A DNA stretch of 64,000 nucleotides from Callorhinchus milii. Taxonomy: Eukaryota. How positions within the stretch are numbered: position 1 is the stretch's first letter; each line of letters opens with the position of its first letter. Shown here in pieces: positions 24,340 to 38,390 of the stretch. Location: NCBI RefSeq assembly GCF_018977255.1, contig NW_024704742.1:138138001-138202000 (forward strand). The letters are read 5' to 3'. The notes under the pieces were generated by a model that saw only the letters and a list, made by a program, of their open reading frames with translations, ran no database searches and was not told the DNA's origin. Both the position numbers and the translations under genes were made by a program.

Positions 24340-27070
24340 TTAATAAAGGATGGGATAAAAACAGTAGAGAGGAAAGATTTTAAATCAGAAAAGCAGGAAG
24401 TAGAGTCTGTATGGGTAGAGGTACGTAACAACAAGGGGCAGAAAACTCTAGTGGGAGTAGTTTATAGACCCCCGAACAGCAGTCACAGTATCTCTCAAGG
24501 TATAAATCAGGAAATTAGCGGAGCATATAATAAAGGAAAAACATTAATTGTGGGTGATTTTAACCTGCACATAGATTGGGACAACCAAATTGGGAAAAGT
24601 ACGATAGAGGAAGAGTTTATAGAATGTATTAGGGATAATTTTCTAGATCAATATGCCGAGGAGCCAACCAGGGAACAGGCCATATTAGACCTTGTTTTGT
24701 GCAATGAAGCAGAGCTGATCAGCAAACTGGAAATGAAGGCTCCTCTCGGGCAAAGCGATCATAATATGATGGAATTTAACATTAAGTTAGAGAGAGAAGT
24801 AGTTAAGTCCGAAGTAAAGGAATTGATATATAAGCAGAGCCAAACAGTCGTAGATTGAGAATGACCAATTTATTATTGTTTTTGTTTTTTGGAGGGATTA
24901 TTATTAGGCTCTGTGTGGAGTAAGGAAACTTGCCCAAGGTTTCGCCCTCTGCCTGGAATTGAACCCAGGTGTCTTGCTTGCAAAGCAAGTGCTCTAACCA
25001 CTGAGCCACAGGACTCCAACTTTGCTGGTGTGAGAGAGGATTTAGTTAAAATAAACTGGGAAATTAGACTTAAGGATTTGACGGTAGACCAGCAATGGCA
25101 GATGTTTAAGGAGATAGTGCAAAATTCCCAGCGAGCACGTATTCCTTTGAGGAATAAGAATGCCACGGGAAAGGTGGCCCAACCGTGGCTCACTGGAGCA
25201 GTTAGGGACAGTATAAAGTTAAAGGAAGAAGCCTATAAAACAGCTAAGATGAGTAGTAAACCCGAGGATTGGGAGAACTTTAGGGATCAACAAAGGAGAA
25301 CCAAAAAAGTGATTAAGAGGGAGAAAATGGAATATGAGGGCAAACTAACGAGGAACATAAAGACAGACTGCAAGAGTTTTTATAAATATATAAAGAGGAA
25401 GAGGCTGTCAAGGGTACATGTGGGTCCGTTACAGGCAGAGACGTGGGGAATTATAGTAGGGGACAAAGACATGGCAGAGTCATTAAACAAGTACTTTGCT
25501 ACTGTCTTCATCTTAGAAGACACTGAAAACTTACCAAGAATAGAGTGGAACCAAGACAATGTTAGCGAGCAACTTGGGGGAATTAATATGAGTAAAGAAA
25601 TGATTTAGTTAAATTGTCAGGTCTTAAAACTGATAAATCTCCTGGACCTGATGGCCTCCATCTTAGGGTTTTAAAAGAGATGGCGACTGAGGTAGTGGAT
25701 GGCTTGTCTTTGATCTTCCGAAATTTTCTGGATTCTGGAACGGTTTCCATTGATTGGAAGATCGCAAACGTGACACCACTATTTAAAAAGGATCTGAAAC
25801 AGAAGATGGGGAACTATAGACCAGTTAGTCTGACATCAGTGGGAGGGAAAATTCTTGAGTCCTTAATTAAGGATGTCGTTATGGGATTTCTGGAAGACCA
25901 TAACAAGATAAGGCAGAGTCAACATGGCTTTACAAAAGGGAAGTCATGCTTTACTAATCTTTTAGAGTTTTTTGAAGATGTATTTAACAGGTTAGATGGG
26001 GGGAACCAGTAGATGTAGTATATTTATATTTTAAAAAGGCATTTGACAAAGTGCCACACAAAAGGCTATTGCATAAGGTTAAGGCCCACGGGATTAATGG
26101 GAACATATTAGCATGGATTGAAGAGTGGCCAACGGGTAGAAAACAGAGAGTAGAGATAAACGGGTCATTCTCGAATTGGCAGGAGGTGACTAGAGGAGTG
26201 CCACAGGATCAGTGTTTGGGCCTCAGCTATTTACAATTTACATCAATGATCCGGACGAGGACATTGAATGTAATGCATCTAAATTCGCGGATGACACTAA
26301 ACTCGGTGGGAGAGTGAGCTCTGAGGGTGATGCAAAAAGATTGCAGCGGAATATAGATAGCCTCGGGGGGTGGGCGAGGAGGTGGCAGATGGAATTTAAT
26401 GTGGGGAAGTGTGAGGTTATTCACCCGGGTAGAAAAATAGAAAAACAGATTATTTTCTAGAGGGGGAGAGATTAGATAGTGTTAGTGTTCAGAGGGATTT
26501 GGGTGTCCGTGTACACCAGTCTCAAAACGTTAGTTTGCAGTGCAGCAGCAACTAAGGCGAACGGCAGTTAGCGTTCATCGCAAAAGGTTTAGAGTACAAG
26601 AGTAGGGAAGTCTTACTGCAACTTTATAGGGCTTTGGTGAGACCGCACCGAGAGTATTGTGTGCAGTTTTGGTCCTTATTTAAAAAAGGACATACTTGCC
26701 CTCGAGGGGGTGCAGCGTAGATTCACTCGGTTAGTTCCTGGGATGAGAGGACTGACCTATGAGGAGAGGCTGAATAAACTGGGGCTGTATTCTCTGGAGC
26801 ACAGAAGAATTAGGGGAGATCTTATTGAAACATATAAGATTCTTAAAGGGCTGATAAAGTAGACACTGAGGGTCTGTTTCCCCTGGTAGGGGAACATCTT
26901 CAAGGCTGAGACTGAGATTTTTAAAAACAGAGGGATTAGGGGATATGGGGATAGAGCAGGTAATTAGAGTTAGGTCTGAAGATCAGCCATGATCTTATCG
27001 AATGGCGGGGCACAGGCTCGAGGGGCCGAATGGCCTACTCCTGCTCTTAATTCTTATGTTCTTATGTTCT
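24340..27070 (+). mobile_element. 5'-truncated CR1 LINE ORF2 (endonuclease and reverse transcriptase) with stops and frameshifts
   Basis: GVVYRPP, VGDFN, LDLVLCN, SDHN, KSPGPDG, NYRPVSLTS, QHGF, GVPQ, SKFADDTKL motifs; TTCTTATG tail; flanked on both sides by the same CA-rich repeat. Confidence 0.95.
24841..25017 (-). mobile_element. 3'-truncated young SINE inserted in CR1 ORF2
   Basis: Interrupts ELIYKQS/NFAGVRE; the tRNA head is intact but the tail is absent. Confidence 0.85.
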
Positions 27071-27144
27071 TACATACTTACACACACGTACAGCCACACC
27101 CACACTCACAAATACTCACACACATGTACAGCCACACTCACACA

Positions 27145-27830
27145 CAACAACAACAACAACAAGATGACATTTGTATAGCACCTTTCACGTCATGAGGACA
27201 TCCCAAGGCTCTGGACAGTGTACAACATTCCAGACCCGAACTGGGGTCAGGGAGGGAGAAGGGAGGGGAGGGGAAGGTGGGTGGCCAATGGCATGGTCGA
27301 AGAGGACAGTTTTGAGGTGGGACTTGATGGAGGCTAAGGAGGGGGCGATGTTACTGAGGTGAGGGAAGGCAGAGCGGGTCATGGCTTGAATGTGGGGGAG
27401 AAAAGACAGTTGAGGCTCGAACAAGACACCGAGGTTCCTGACTGGCGGTGAGTTGAAGTGTGCAACCATGGAGGGTGATGGTGCCGGAGCCTGAGGTGCT
27501 GAGGGTCAATCAGGAGGGCCTCAGTCTTGTTCACATTCAACTGTAGGAAATTTGCCCTCATCCAGGATTTGATGTCCGACAGACAGTCTGTCAGGACAGC
27601 AGTGGTCCTGGAGTTGAGGGTGGGGGCAGAAAGGTAGAGTTGGGTGTCATCCACATACATGTGGAAGTTGACCCCATGTCTGCGGATGATGTCACCGAGG
27701 GGGAGAATGTAGATATTAAAGAGGAGACAAGGACAGAGCCCTGGGGGACGCCAGACGTGACAGTGCGGGGGCTGGAGGAGAAACCGTTAGAGACAACAAA
27801 GTTGAGACGGTGGGAGAGATCGGAATCGAA
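27145..27830 (-). mobile_element. L2 RT and 3' fragments, internally deleted
   Basis: [31 protein letters not shown], (GTT)n tail. Confidence 0.85.
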
Positions 27831-28843
27831 ACAGACAAGTTCTGGTTCGCTTTCCTCCATCCTGACATGTCGTGTCCCAAACCATATACTGTATCCCCAG
27901 ATATTATTTTCTTGCAGAAATCTATCTCATTTGTTCTTCAAACAAATGACATTTTCTGCTTCCGCCGCCTGTCTCCCTGGGGAACCGGTTCCATTAGTTT
28001 ACCGCTCTCTCACTGAAGTGGTCTTTCCACAGAATTGTTCAGAATTTACCCCCTTCAGTCGTAGGCCGTGTCCACTCGTTCCACTGTTCAGTACAACATA
28101 AAACAGCTCGTCATGGTCTGAACTGTCTATTCCTTCAGAAGCTTAAAGACCGTAATCATATCGCCCTCAACCTTCTCTTCTCCGGTGTGAACCTGCCCGG
28201 TATATACTGCAACATGGATTGACTGTGCGTTCTGTCGGCAAAATGCAGCAGCCGATTGCTCACAGTAGTGTCCCACAAACAGTCGTGGATTGATGAACAC
28301 ATTTTTTTAAAGGGATTATCAAGAAATTGATCCGCCAATCGACAAACAACCGAATTCCCACTTACTGCTGGGATAACAGAGGCGTGTGGAGTAAGGAGAC
28401 TCGCCTAAGGTTTTGCACTGCCCGGGAATCGGAAAGTGCAATGACTGTGTGTTTTGTGGATGAGCGCAGCAGCGAACTTGAGCGCAGCGATGTCCCACAA
28501 ACAGCGGTGAAGTGAGTGAGATTAGCAGGTGTTCACAGCGTCACAGTTCACAACAGCCAACAACGCCAAATATTCACTGCGTTTCATAATACACAGTCAC
28601 TACACTTTACAGTGTATCCTGTGAAGCGCTTTGAGGCGTCTCGAAGATGTGATAAGGCGCTGTATCAAATGCTACCTGGCTCAGTGGTAGCGCTCTCTCT
28701 GTCTCTCTCTCTCTCCCGATGTCCTGACCAACTATTCCCCAAATAAAATTGGTCGCTCACTCCATGGCTGTGTGTAGGACACAACTGTGCTCGAACTGGC
28801 TGCCGCCATCCACAAATACACAGTCACTACACTTGACAAGTGT

Positions 28844-29162
28844 AGTCCTGTAGCTCAGTGGTTAGAGCACTCGCTTTGCAAGCGAGAGACCTGAGTTCAA
28901 TTCCAGGCAGAGGGCGAAACCTCAGGCAAGTTTCCTTACTCCACACAGAGCCTAATAATAATCCCTTCAAAACCCAAAACAATAATAAATTGGTCATTTT
29001 CAATCTGCGACTGTTTGTGGGACATTGCTGTGCGCAATTGGCTGCCCCGTTCGCCCTCAAATATACAGTCAATTCACTTTACAGTATATTCTGTGAAGCG
29101 CTTTGGGACGTCCTCCCGACGTGAAAAGCGCTATATCAAATGCAAGGATTATTATTATTATT
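28844..29162 (+). mobile_element. Young-subfamily tRNA-Ala SINE, full length
   Basis: Near-identical to 44236-44560; tail GGGACGTCCTCCCGACGTG. Confidence 0.9.
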
Positions 29163-29289
29163 TATCCTGTGAAGTGTATCAGACATCTTGACATACACCC
29201 ATCCAGACAGCGAGACTCTGTATAATGGGGGACGCCAGATGTGACAGTGCGGGAGCTGGAGGAAAAACCGTTAGAGGCAACAAAGTGGA

Positions 29290-29900
29290 CACACATAATC
29301 ACACACACGTACAGCCACACTCACACACACACACATACATACACACACGGACAGCCACACTCACACACACACACATACATACACACACGGACAGCCACAC
29401 TCACATACATCACACAGATGCTCACACACACGAACAGCCACACTCACACACACACACACATACTCACACACACGGACAGCCACACTCACATACATCACAC
29501 AGATACTCACACACACGAACAGCCACACTCACACACACACACATACATACACACACGGACAGCCACACTCACACACACACATACTCACACACACGTACAG
29601 CCACACTCACATACATCACACAGATACTCACACACACGCACACATACTTACACATACAGCCACACTCAAACACATACACAAAAATACTCACACACACATA
29701 CAGCCACACTCACACACACACACATACACACTTACACGTACAGCCACACTCACACACATACACAAAGATACTCACACACATACAGCCACAGTCACACACA
29801 CACACATACGTACACGTACAGCCACAGTCACACACAGACTTACACACACATACTTGCACACACAGTCACTCACACACACACGCGCGCGCACACACACACG
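29290..29900. repeat. Complex CA-rich microsatellite
   Basis: CACACACG(G/T)ACAGCCACACTCAC units; gives spurious His/Thr-rich ORFs; similar arrays at 23965-24340 and 27070-27145. Confidence 0.95.
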
Positions 29901-31336
29901 TGGAGCCCTGTAGCTTAGTGGTTTGACAAGAACAAGAATAAAATTACACGTGTATATAGCGCCTTTCACGTCGGGAGGATGTCCCAAGGCGCTGGACAAT
30001 CAGTGTTTCTGAGCACTCGCCTCGCAAGCGAAGAGACCTGGGTTCAATTCCCGGCTGGGACAAAATGTTAGGCAAGTTTCCTTACTCCGCACGCGTCTGG
30101 TTACGCAGCAGCAAGTAGGAACCCGGTTGTTAGTCGATTGGGTGGATCACTTTTCCGGGGGTAATAATCCCTTAAATGAAAAAAAAATGCGGTCACTCAA
30201 TCCACGACTGTTTGTGGGGACGCTGCTGTGTGCAATTGGCTGCCGTGTTTCGCCCACAAAATATCCAGTCACTACACTTTACAGTGTATCCTGTGAAGCG
30301 CGTTGAGACGTCTCAAAGACGTGATAAGGCGCCGGGTCAAATTCGAGGATTATTATTATTCTTACGTGGCCACACTCACTCACGCACGCTGGTGCTTGCT
30401 ATCTGGGGCGAGGGTAGGGATGGGTGAGTGCCCCCTACGCTCTCTGCCCTCTGCTCACCCTGCCCTGGGCTGGAGTTATGCGGAGGCAGCCCTTGTTGTG
30501 AAGGAGCCCTTTGTTGGGAGGTTTATGGAGTGTGAACATTGACAGGACTGTGATAAGGAAGTGTTGTGTTTGCATCTCTGCTTCTCACAATAAACTCTTT
30601 ATTTTCCTGTTATCTCATTACCAGAGGGCGATAGATAACAGGGCAAATCAAGGCCAGGAGGAACCCATTCAGCCTGCTCTGCCCTTTCCTGTTCACAGAG
30701 ATAATAATATTAATAATAATAATAAAAATCATAATAATCCTTGCAGTTAATACAGCGCCTTATCACATCTTCGAGATGTCTCAAGCGAGTGTAAAGTGAA
30801 TTGACTGGATATTTTTTCGGCAAAGCGGGGCAGCCAATTACGCACAGCAACTTCCCACACACAGTCGTGGATTGAGTGACGACATTTTTGTTTTGAAGGG
30901 ATTATTACCCCCAGAAATCGATCTGCCAATCGACTAACAAACAGCATCCTATTCACTGCTGATAAACAGAGGCGTGAGGAGTAAGGAAACTTGCCCAATG
31001 TTTCGCCCCCTGCCCGGGAATCAAACCCAGGTCCTCTCTCTTGTGAGGCGAGGGCTCTAACCCCTGAGCCATAGGTCTCCAGATTGTAAATGGGATTGAA
31101 AAGTAAACCCAGATCATCGCTGTCAGATGCACCGAGACAGTAGAACAAGAGGCCACAGGGTTAGAGTGTAGTGTAAACGGTCATTTCAGGACAGACACCA
31201 GGAAGTGTTTCTTTACCCAGAGGGTAATTAACGAGTGGAACAGGGTTAGCAGGAAGGGGGGGGGTGGTTGAGGCCGGGTCACTGGGACTGGTTTACAAAG
31301 CAGCTCAATGCTGTGATGGGGGGACGGTCGGGCGGA

Positions 31337-31938
31337 GGTTCTGGGGGGAGGAGGAGAGATGGTCTGAAGGGCTTGGAAACCAGGAGAAACTCCTTCTCTT
31401 TCCCTGACAGCGTCACAGGATCTTTAACGTCCACCTGAACTGGGCACAGAGGGTGAGAGGTTTAACGTCTCAACTAAAGAACGATGTCTCTGACAATGTG
31501 GTGTTCTCTCCCCCNAGTGCTTCGCTGGAGCGTTAGCCCGGACTGTGGGATCAGAGTCCCTCATGTGGGGCTCGAATCCACAGCCTCCTGTCTATATCAG
31601 AGGCAGGAGACTGAGAGACTGAGCCAGGCTGACCCCTGCTGTTTAATGTGTGAGCGTGAGGGGGGATAAGGGGGGACGAGACGGATAAACATCCCCTAAA
31701 GCTATGGCGGTGGGATTATTGTCCCAGGCTGTTATAGCCTTGATGATTCTCTCTCTGTCAGGTCAGCCGGGAGTCTGACACATGTGGAAGCTCATCACCA
31801 TGCTCCAAACCAAGCTGAGAATTTCAGATCTCCCACCTACGATGAATAACCAACAACAATAATAATGTGGTCACTCAATCCACGACTGTTTGTGGGAACG
31901 CTGCTGTGCGCAATTGGCTGCCGCGATTCACCCACAAA
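31337..31938 (+). repeat. ~600-bp local duplication, copy 1 (copy 2 at 46661-47253)
   Basis: Near-identical sequence across DeuSINE fragment, unique core, old repeat and SINE junctions. Confidence 0.9.
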
Positions 31939-32099
31939 ACACAGTCAATTCAGTTCACAGTATATCCTGTGAAGCGCTTTGAGACGTCTCGAAGACGTGA
32001 TAAGGCGCTGTATCAAGTGCAAGGATTATTATTATTATTGTTGCTATTACTGTGGATCCACCTGACTCAGGAACTCATCTGACCTGCACTGTGCCTCTG

Positions 32100-32480
32100 T
32101 GAAGTGCAATGTTTGGGAAAATACGTACAGTGCTCTTATCATGCAGAGAGCAGTTAAAAACCCCTCTCCGAGGTGGAAGGTCACATTGAAAGAAATACAA
32201 TTGTTTTCTGCTTCAAACATTGCCTATTCTAAACAGGAAACTGCCATGTACTTTGATCCAAAAGCATAATTTGTAGAGTGGGAAATTGGCCAAAGGTTTA
32301 TGATATAAAAAACTATGATCTAAACGGATCATTCTCCCCTCGATAAGCTGAACCTTACTATACTGTGAATAAAGCAAGTGCTTGAGAGTATCGGGAAGAC
32401 AGCACTGCCAAGAAGAATGTCCGTCCAAAATGGTATCGCAGCAATCAATTAAAATTGTATGAAGACAGTGATGATAAACC
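32100..32480 (+). mobile_element. Degenerate Gypsy-type integrase C-terminal fragment
   Basis: Across frameshifts: KQETAMYFD..EWEIGQRFMI..NGSF..DKLNLTI..KWYRSNQLKLY, resembling the GPY/F domain. Confidence 0.55.
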
Positions 32481-32531
32481 TGATTGGAATCCTCCTTCAC
32501 AGGATGTAAAACCCTGTGTGTGGTCAATGAT

Positions 32532-32564
<33 letters not shown>

Positions 32565-34949
32565 CCTTGTATTTGATACAGCGCTTTTCACGTCTTCGAG
32601 ACATCTCAAAGCGCTTCACAGAATATACTGTAAAGTGAATTGACTGTATATTTGTGGGCGAAACGCGGCAGCCGATTGCGCAGAGCAGCGTCCCACACAA
32701 ACAGTCGTGGGATTGAAGTGACCAATTTATTTTTGTTTATTATTTATTATTATCCAAAACAAAGTGAATATCTTCACATTTGTGATGACGCTATTATACC
32801 CTTTTGAGGAAGGTCAGTTCAGGAGAGGAACTGAACAAAGAGTCACGACAGAGACCATTGAGATCTGTTGATTTATTAGAAGGTATAAGTACAGAGGTCA
32901 CAACAACATCGACAGCAGTAGATCAGAGAGGAATTTTCTGCTCGGTCAGGGTATTAAGGGATATGGGGAGAAAGTGGGTAATTGGAATTGAAAAGGGGTT
33001 AATTGAGGTACAGTTCAGCCTTGATCTAATTAAATGGCGGAACAGGCTCAAAGGGCTGAATGGCCTCCTCCTGCTCCTATGTTCTTATGAATAACATTTT
33101 GGTTAAGAAGTAGAACAAGGGAAAAACTAAAGAACAGGTAGAATTAATTTAGCTTTTCTTTTTGTGTTACAGAGGAAAAAAGCATCGGGGGAAAAAAAAT
33201 GAGGGGAGAGACCATGGAAAACCAAGTTAATTTTGATAAAAGAATTTTTTTTTAAAGTGTTAGGTTAAAAATAATAATCAGAGTTTTTTAAAACAATTTG
33301 CATTAGAATACAATCAGCAGTCGGGGGCATTTACATTGTTTTTTTGGCATCTGGCTGCGAAAGGCTTTTTATTCAAAATTAGTGTAAAAGCACGTAAACT
33401 TAACCCTCTCCAAAACTGGCTGAACAAAAATATTAATTGCTAATTTGCTCACAAAACGTATGCGGATAGACACCACCTGCCGATGCTTACGAAAAATATG
33501 TTGAGCTGCAGAAAATATTGTGACAAACGTTCCAATAGACCAAAAAAACTAGAAGAAAATGTGACGGCAATTGTCCCGCCAAAGAAAAGGCAAACTTAAA
33601 CAAAATTAAATTGATCAAAAACTAATTGATCTCCAAATGCACGCGACAGGCACGATGAGTTTCCAAGGTCTCTATGGAGCATTTTGCGACACTTTGAATG
33701 AATATTTGGGGAAGGCCAATAGTCACGGCATGAGTTTGAGGCCAATCTGCATGTTATTAGCCGACTCGGGGTCATTGAAAAGACTGATCGGAACAGTCAC
33801 AACACTCCGAATCAAACATTTTTCCCCCCAGGAAGTTGTGACCGAACAGTCCATGAGAATACCTGAGCACGAGGTATTTTTAAGTTGTGTGAAAAGACGT
33901 CAGTATAGAATTCAGAGTAAATGAGAAGCGATTGCAATTCTGCAACGGCAATTAAACAAAGCGAAGGCTGCCTTTATATGTTTTATGTAATTTATGTGTT
34001 AAAAAAGAAGATAGTGAGTCTGACTTTGCTCTGGACTTGGAGTATAAGCCAGAACCCACCCACGTTTCATAAGTACTGAGTGATAGCGAAGTAAAAGATA
34101 AACAAAGTGAGCAGTAGTTAAAGAATTACGGGGATTTGCGTAGAATTACAGATAAGACCAAATAATTTGGGACATGTGATGTGATGCGAAACGACAGGGT
34201 AGAGTGAACACTGACAGATATCAGAGAGAAAATGAATAATTTAATAATTCATAATTTTCTAATCAAAAACATCAAATACATATACACGTTTTAGTAGTTC
34301 TTAATTGTTATAAATGTTCTCGGGTCAATTATCTTAATATTACTTGATTTATTCTGATTTATTTTATGTATCATTTATTTTATGTATTCCAGCACTTAAT
34401 CAAAGTGATGTTTAAACAGATTAACTATGGATGCATTTATTGGGAATTTTATAAGATGATATTTTGAAAGAAAAAATATTAGAATTATTAATTTTTATAA
34501 TTAATTTTTGTGGTAATACAATTTAAGTATAACCTTGTTAGTTTATTTCTATTTATATAAGTATTAATGGGTTCACGTCTAAGATTCCAAAGGGACTAGA
34601 AAGATTTTAAAGGAACTGGACAATGTAGACCCCGAGAAGCTGTTTTATCTCGTACTGAAACCAGACAACACGGCCTGAGATTGAAACGGGGTAAATTCAG
34701 AACAAATCTGCATTGACACTAATTCAGTGCGCGAGTAGTAATTGTATGGAACAGGAAGCCAGAGGGCGGAAGCAGAAAGTGTTGGTTGTTTCAAGAACAA
34801 ATGAGATAGATTTCTGTTAGGAAATAATATCGCGGGGTATCATATACAGTTTGGGACACGACATGTCAAGCGACTGGGTATATCTTGGCCTTCTTTCACC
34901 TGGGAAATTCTTGCGTCCTTCTGTTGTCGTGGATAATTAAGGAACAATA

Positions 34950-35345
34950 CAGAAATTTCACTTAAAACCTGCCAAGGCAATCATTGGAGCATATTTACTC
35001 AGGGAATCATTTTCAAAGTACTCCGAAATACAACACGATCAGAACTAGGCTATCTGCAAGCTGTTACCACACCATTATCTGCGGATAATCTGCTTACCTG
35101 CTATAGGAGGTTGCGACACTTGGAAAATGAGAGTCAGAAACAGGAAGGGAGTAAATTCCATCCCTGAGGAAAATCTTAGTAGAATTCAGAGACGTCACTG
35201 TAAGGCTCTGCTGTGTAAAGCTCTGCTGCGTAAGGGCTCTGCTGTGTCTCCTCTGTATTCTTGTGCACGTGGGAGCCTTATATACCGAGGATTCAGCAAA
35301 TATATAGGGCATGATTCACATCTCAGAATCAATTTGCAGCTCGTA
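34950..35345 (+). mobile_element. Highly decayed L1-clade reverse transcriptase relic
   Basis: TCQGNHWS (cf. TRQGCPLS), LSADNLL (cf. LYADDLL), IPSLRKILVEF and LRINLQ appear in the expected order. Confidence 0.55.
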
Positions 35346-35719
35346 ACGGGGCAAATCATTTTACTAGAAAGATACTTTTCAACACTTTAAACCAGAAACC
35401 TTCCCCAGGAATAGACAGCGAGTTCCTCATAAAACTCCCCGTAATTACTCTGCACAGAAATTGATAAAAAAGAACTTGTGTTTTTATAGCATGTTGAAAC
35501 GTCTCAAAGTGTTTTGTAATATTTGTTATCAAACGTATTGACTGTTTTTATAGACAAACACATACAGTCATGAGGTGAATCATCAATTAAGCGAGAGGAC
35601 GCTTGACTAGAGAAAACTTTTTTCCAATAGTTTCAAATAATTACATCATCACCTGAAGAGGCAGATGGGATCCTGGTTTAACATCTCATCAGAAAAACAT
35701 TTCAGTCTAAACACAGTCT

Positions 35720-36090
35720 AGTACCTCTCCAACCTACTATCCCCCTCCCTACCTGCCCCGTACCCTCCGTTCCTCTGGCTCCGGTCTGCTCCACATCCCC
35801 CGCCCCAACCGCCCTACCATCGGTGGCCTTCAGCCTCTCAGCCCCTCGGCTCTGGAACTCTATCCCCCAGTGCCTTTGCCGCTTCCTCCCTTTCCTCCTT
35901 CAAGGCCAGTCTTAAGACCTTTCTCTTTGACCTTGCCTTCAGCTCCCCTCTCGACTCTCTACCCCCTCCTCGCCCCCTCCCTTCCATCCCCTCACCCTGA
36001 CCGTCCTGACCCAACTGTTCAGCGCCTTGGGACGTCCTCCCGACGTGAAAGGCGCTCAATAAATGGAATCTTGTTGTTGTTGTTGTTGTT
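35720..36090 (+). mobile_element. L2 LINE 3' end
   Basis: AGCGCCTTGGGACGTCCTCCCGACGTGAAAGGCGCT stem-loop, AATAAATGG, (TTG)n tail. Confidence 0.9.
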
Positions 36091-37979
36091 AAATCCTTGG
36101 TATATAAGGCTCCCACATACAGCAGTGTCCCACAAACAGTCACAAACAGGATTGAGTGACAAACTTATTATTATTATTTTTTTTGACGGGATTATTACCC
36201 CCGGAAAAGAGATCTACCAATCGACTAACATCCGAGTTCCTACTTACTGCTTACTTACTTACTTAGGGAAACAGAGGGCTGTGGAGTAAGGAAACTTGCC
36301 GAAAGTTTCAATCTGCCCGGGAATTAAACCCAGGTCCTCTCCCTTACGTTTGGTTGAACAAGATCCTTCAGCTCATTTGATTGACCTCATCCTTCCAGAA
36401 CACCCATTCTACCATCTTCCCATTGCGGCATTGAGCTGTGTATTAAATGAGAAAGGAGTCCAAGTGCAGCTCTCCTCTCTGTCATAAGGGAATATGAGAG
36501 GCGGGATGAAGGAAAGTATGTGATGGGTGAGTGGATTATTAGTTGCCGTGCAACAAGAGGTGAAATGTTCCTGAGGCTGAGTACAGGGATCTTCATGATG
36601 TGGTTGGTGAACTGGAATTCTAGATATTTCCCCCACAAAATACACAGTCGCTACACTTTACAATAGATTCTGTGAAGCGCTTTGAGACATCCAGAAGACG
36701 TGATAAGACGCTATATTAAATGCAAGGATTATTTTATTATTATTATGCTGCGCATTCTCAATATCTTGAATATCTCTAACTTTAAGATTGTTTAAGAATC
36801 CCTCTACCAGAGGGATGAGTTGTCTATTTAGCTTCTTGATTAAGACCGGAGTCTGGCTGGCTTGCTGCTGCTGCTCGTTGCATGGTTTAGACCCGGAACT
36901 GCTCTATTAATTTGAAACTCTATATCCTGCATCTAATTTTCTAACCCCAAAGATCTATGTTGTCCTTTTAATGAAAGGTTAGCCATCAAGCACCGGGAAG
37001 CTTGCCAATCAGTGGCAAGGCATACAGTTTAGCTGGTTAGACTCCAGCAGTTAACCCAACGCTCACTCTAGGGTCCTCAAGCCTTGGTTCTCACCAACCT
37101 GCGCCTAATACTCTCCCGAATTAGGTAAGAGGGATGCGTCGTCTGGGGGCAATGCACATTCAATTCCAAGCACAGGGAAATTTCTATGGGTGTGTGGCAT
37201 ATGTACGTGGAACTCTTAAGCTGACTCCCCTACCAGTGCCGAGAGGATAGAGATATAAGATAGTTATAAGAAGAGCATTGTCTACATAAGAACATACGAT
37301 ACAATCAATTTACATTTGGCGCCTTACATGTCGGGAGAACATCTCAAAGTGTTTGACCCACCTGACTGTGCAGAGATGGAGGGGTGAGGAGCTGAGGAGA
37401 GTGGAATGAAGGAGGGAGTAAATAAAACCAAAAACACGGTTGAGGAAATAGGTTTTAAGGTGGTCTTTAAAGTGAGTAGGAAGGTTGGGAGGGACTCCTG
37501 AATGTGTCAGAGAGCAGAAGCAGGTTGACTGAAAGCTCTCCTGCCAATGGTAGGGCCAATAAGACAGGGCATTGAAGCAGGTCAGTATTCACTGAGCAGA
37601 GGGAGTGATGGGTTTGCAGGAGGTTGCAAAGATAGTGTGGGATGAGGCCATGAGGGGATTTGAAGGTGAGGACAAGGATTTTGAGGAACGTTGGAGGATG
37701 GAGAGCCAGTGGTGCTGAGCAAGGCTGGGGCTGAGAGGCTTGTGGAGCCTGTTGTAAGAGAGTACAGAGGCTGCAGAGTTATGGATGGTTTACAGCTTGG
37801 TAAGGTAAGAGTGAGTTTATTTTCATGACCCTGCGATGAAGTAAGGACTGACACAAATGTTGTACACAAATATTAATATTTATCAATTCAGATTAGTGAT
37901 AGTTATACGTGATTAAAAGAATACATCACAATAATGCTTACGTATTGACAAACAGTTCACAATGATTTAAGTTGACCTT

Positions 37980-38390
37980 ACCCAATACCGTGGAAGAGAT
38001 AGAGGAGCAAGGTCCAAATTAATGTCCATTTTAATCCAAATATAATATCACCGAAAAGTATCCAGATATTATTGTACGGTCCCCAGTTCGATATCACCCA
38101 AGAGTATCCAGGTATCATGGCAAGCCCAATTCTACTATGGCAGGTCCAATTCAATCCCTCTCCTTCAATTCTTTTTCCCGATTCTCTTTGTAAAAGCATA
38201 TGCAACACAGCTCTCTTTCCAGCTGCTGACCATTTTCCCGTGAGAAAATGACTGATGAGAAATGAAAAGAGTTTGTTGTTTATAAACAGTATTTTGTTTC
38301 TCCTCCTTGATCAAAGATCCTCTTTGAAGCTCGTCACATTCAGCTCCCCTCACGTGAGATTGATCATATGTTTCAAATGTATATTAACGT
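37980..38390 (-). mobile_element. Decayed L1-clade ORF2 C-terminal relic (a related piece probably lies at 36350-36630)
   Basis: Across frames REKEL..GIELD..W.ACHDTW..DIELGTVQ..YY..KM..NLDLAPL.PR resembles WEKELG..W..I..TW..L..IQYKI..R.YY..SPLCPRC. Confidence 0.5.

Noticed and set aside
30385..30548. Exon-like segments on the minus strand, one frame beginning SCQC (CXC-like)
   Set aside because: That frame is phase 0 and stops after 23 codons with no third Cys; the other frames resemble no known family.
32213..32527. Minus-strand ORF containing LIDCC, as in the chemokine
   Set aside because: Wrong splice phase and no chemokine Cys spacing; the plus strand resembles a Gypsy integrase C-terminus.
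33300..34000. AT-rich region with a 95-aa ORF, possibly a decayed DNA transposase
   Set aside because: No motif could be identified with confidence.
35098..35284. Apparent third signal-peptide exon MEFTPFLFLTLIFQVSQPPIA|GTAAGC with TATATAA 117 nt upstream (minus strand)
   Set aside because: The opposite strand carries ordered, decayed L1 RT motifs (TCQG, SADN, IPSLRKILVEF, LRINLQ), and no chemokine-like exon 2 follows. Antisense exonisation cannot be excluded without RNA data.
37982..38251. 270-nt open exon-like segment with good splice sites and a hydrophobic end
   Set aside because: Other frames on the same strand match the L1-clade ORF2 C-terminus, so it is better explained as a retroelement relic.
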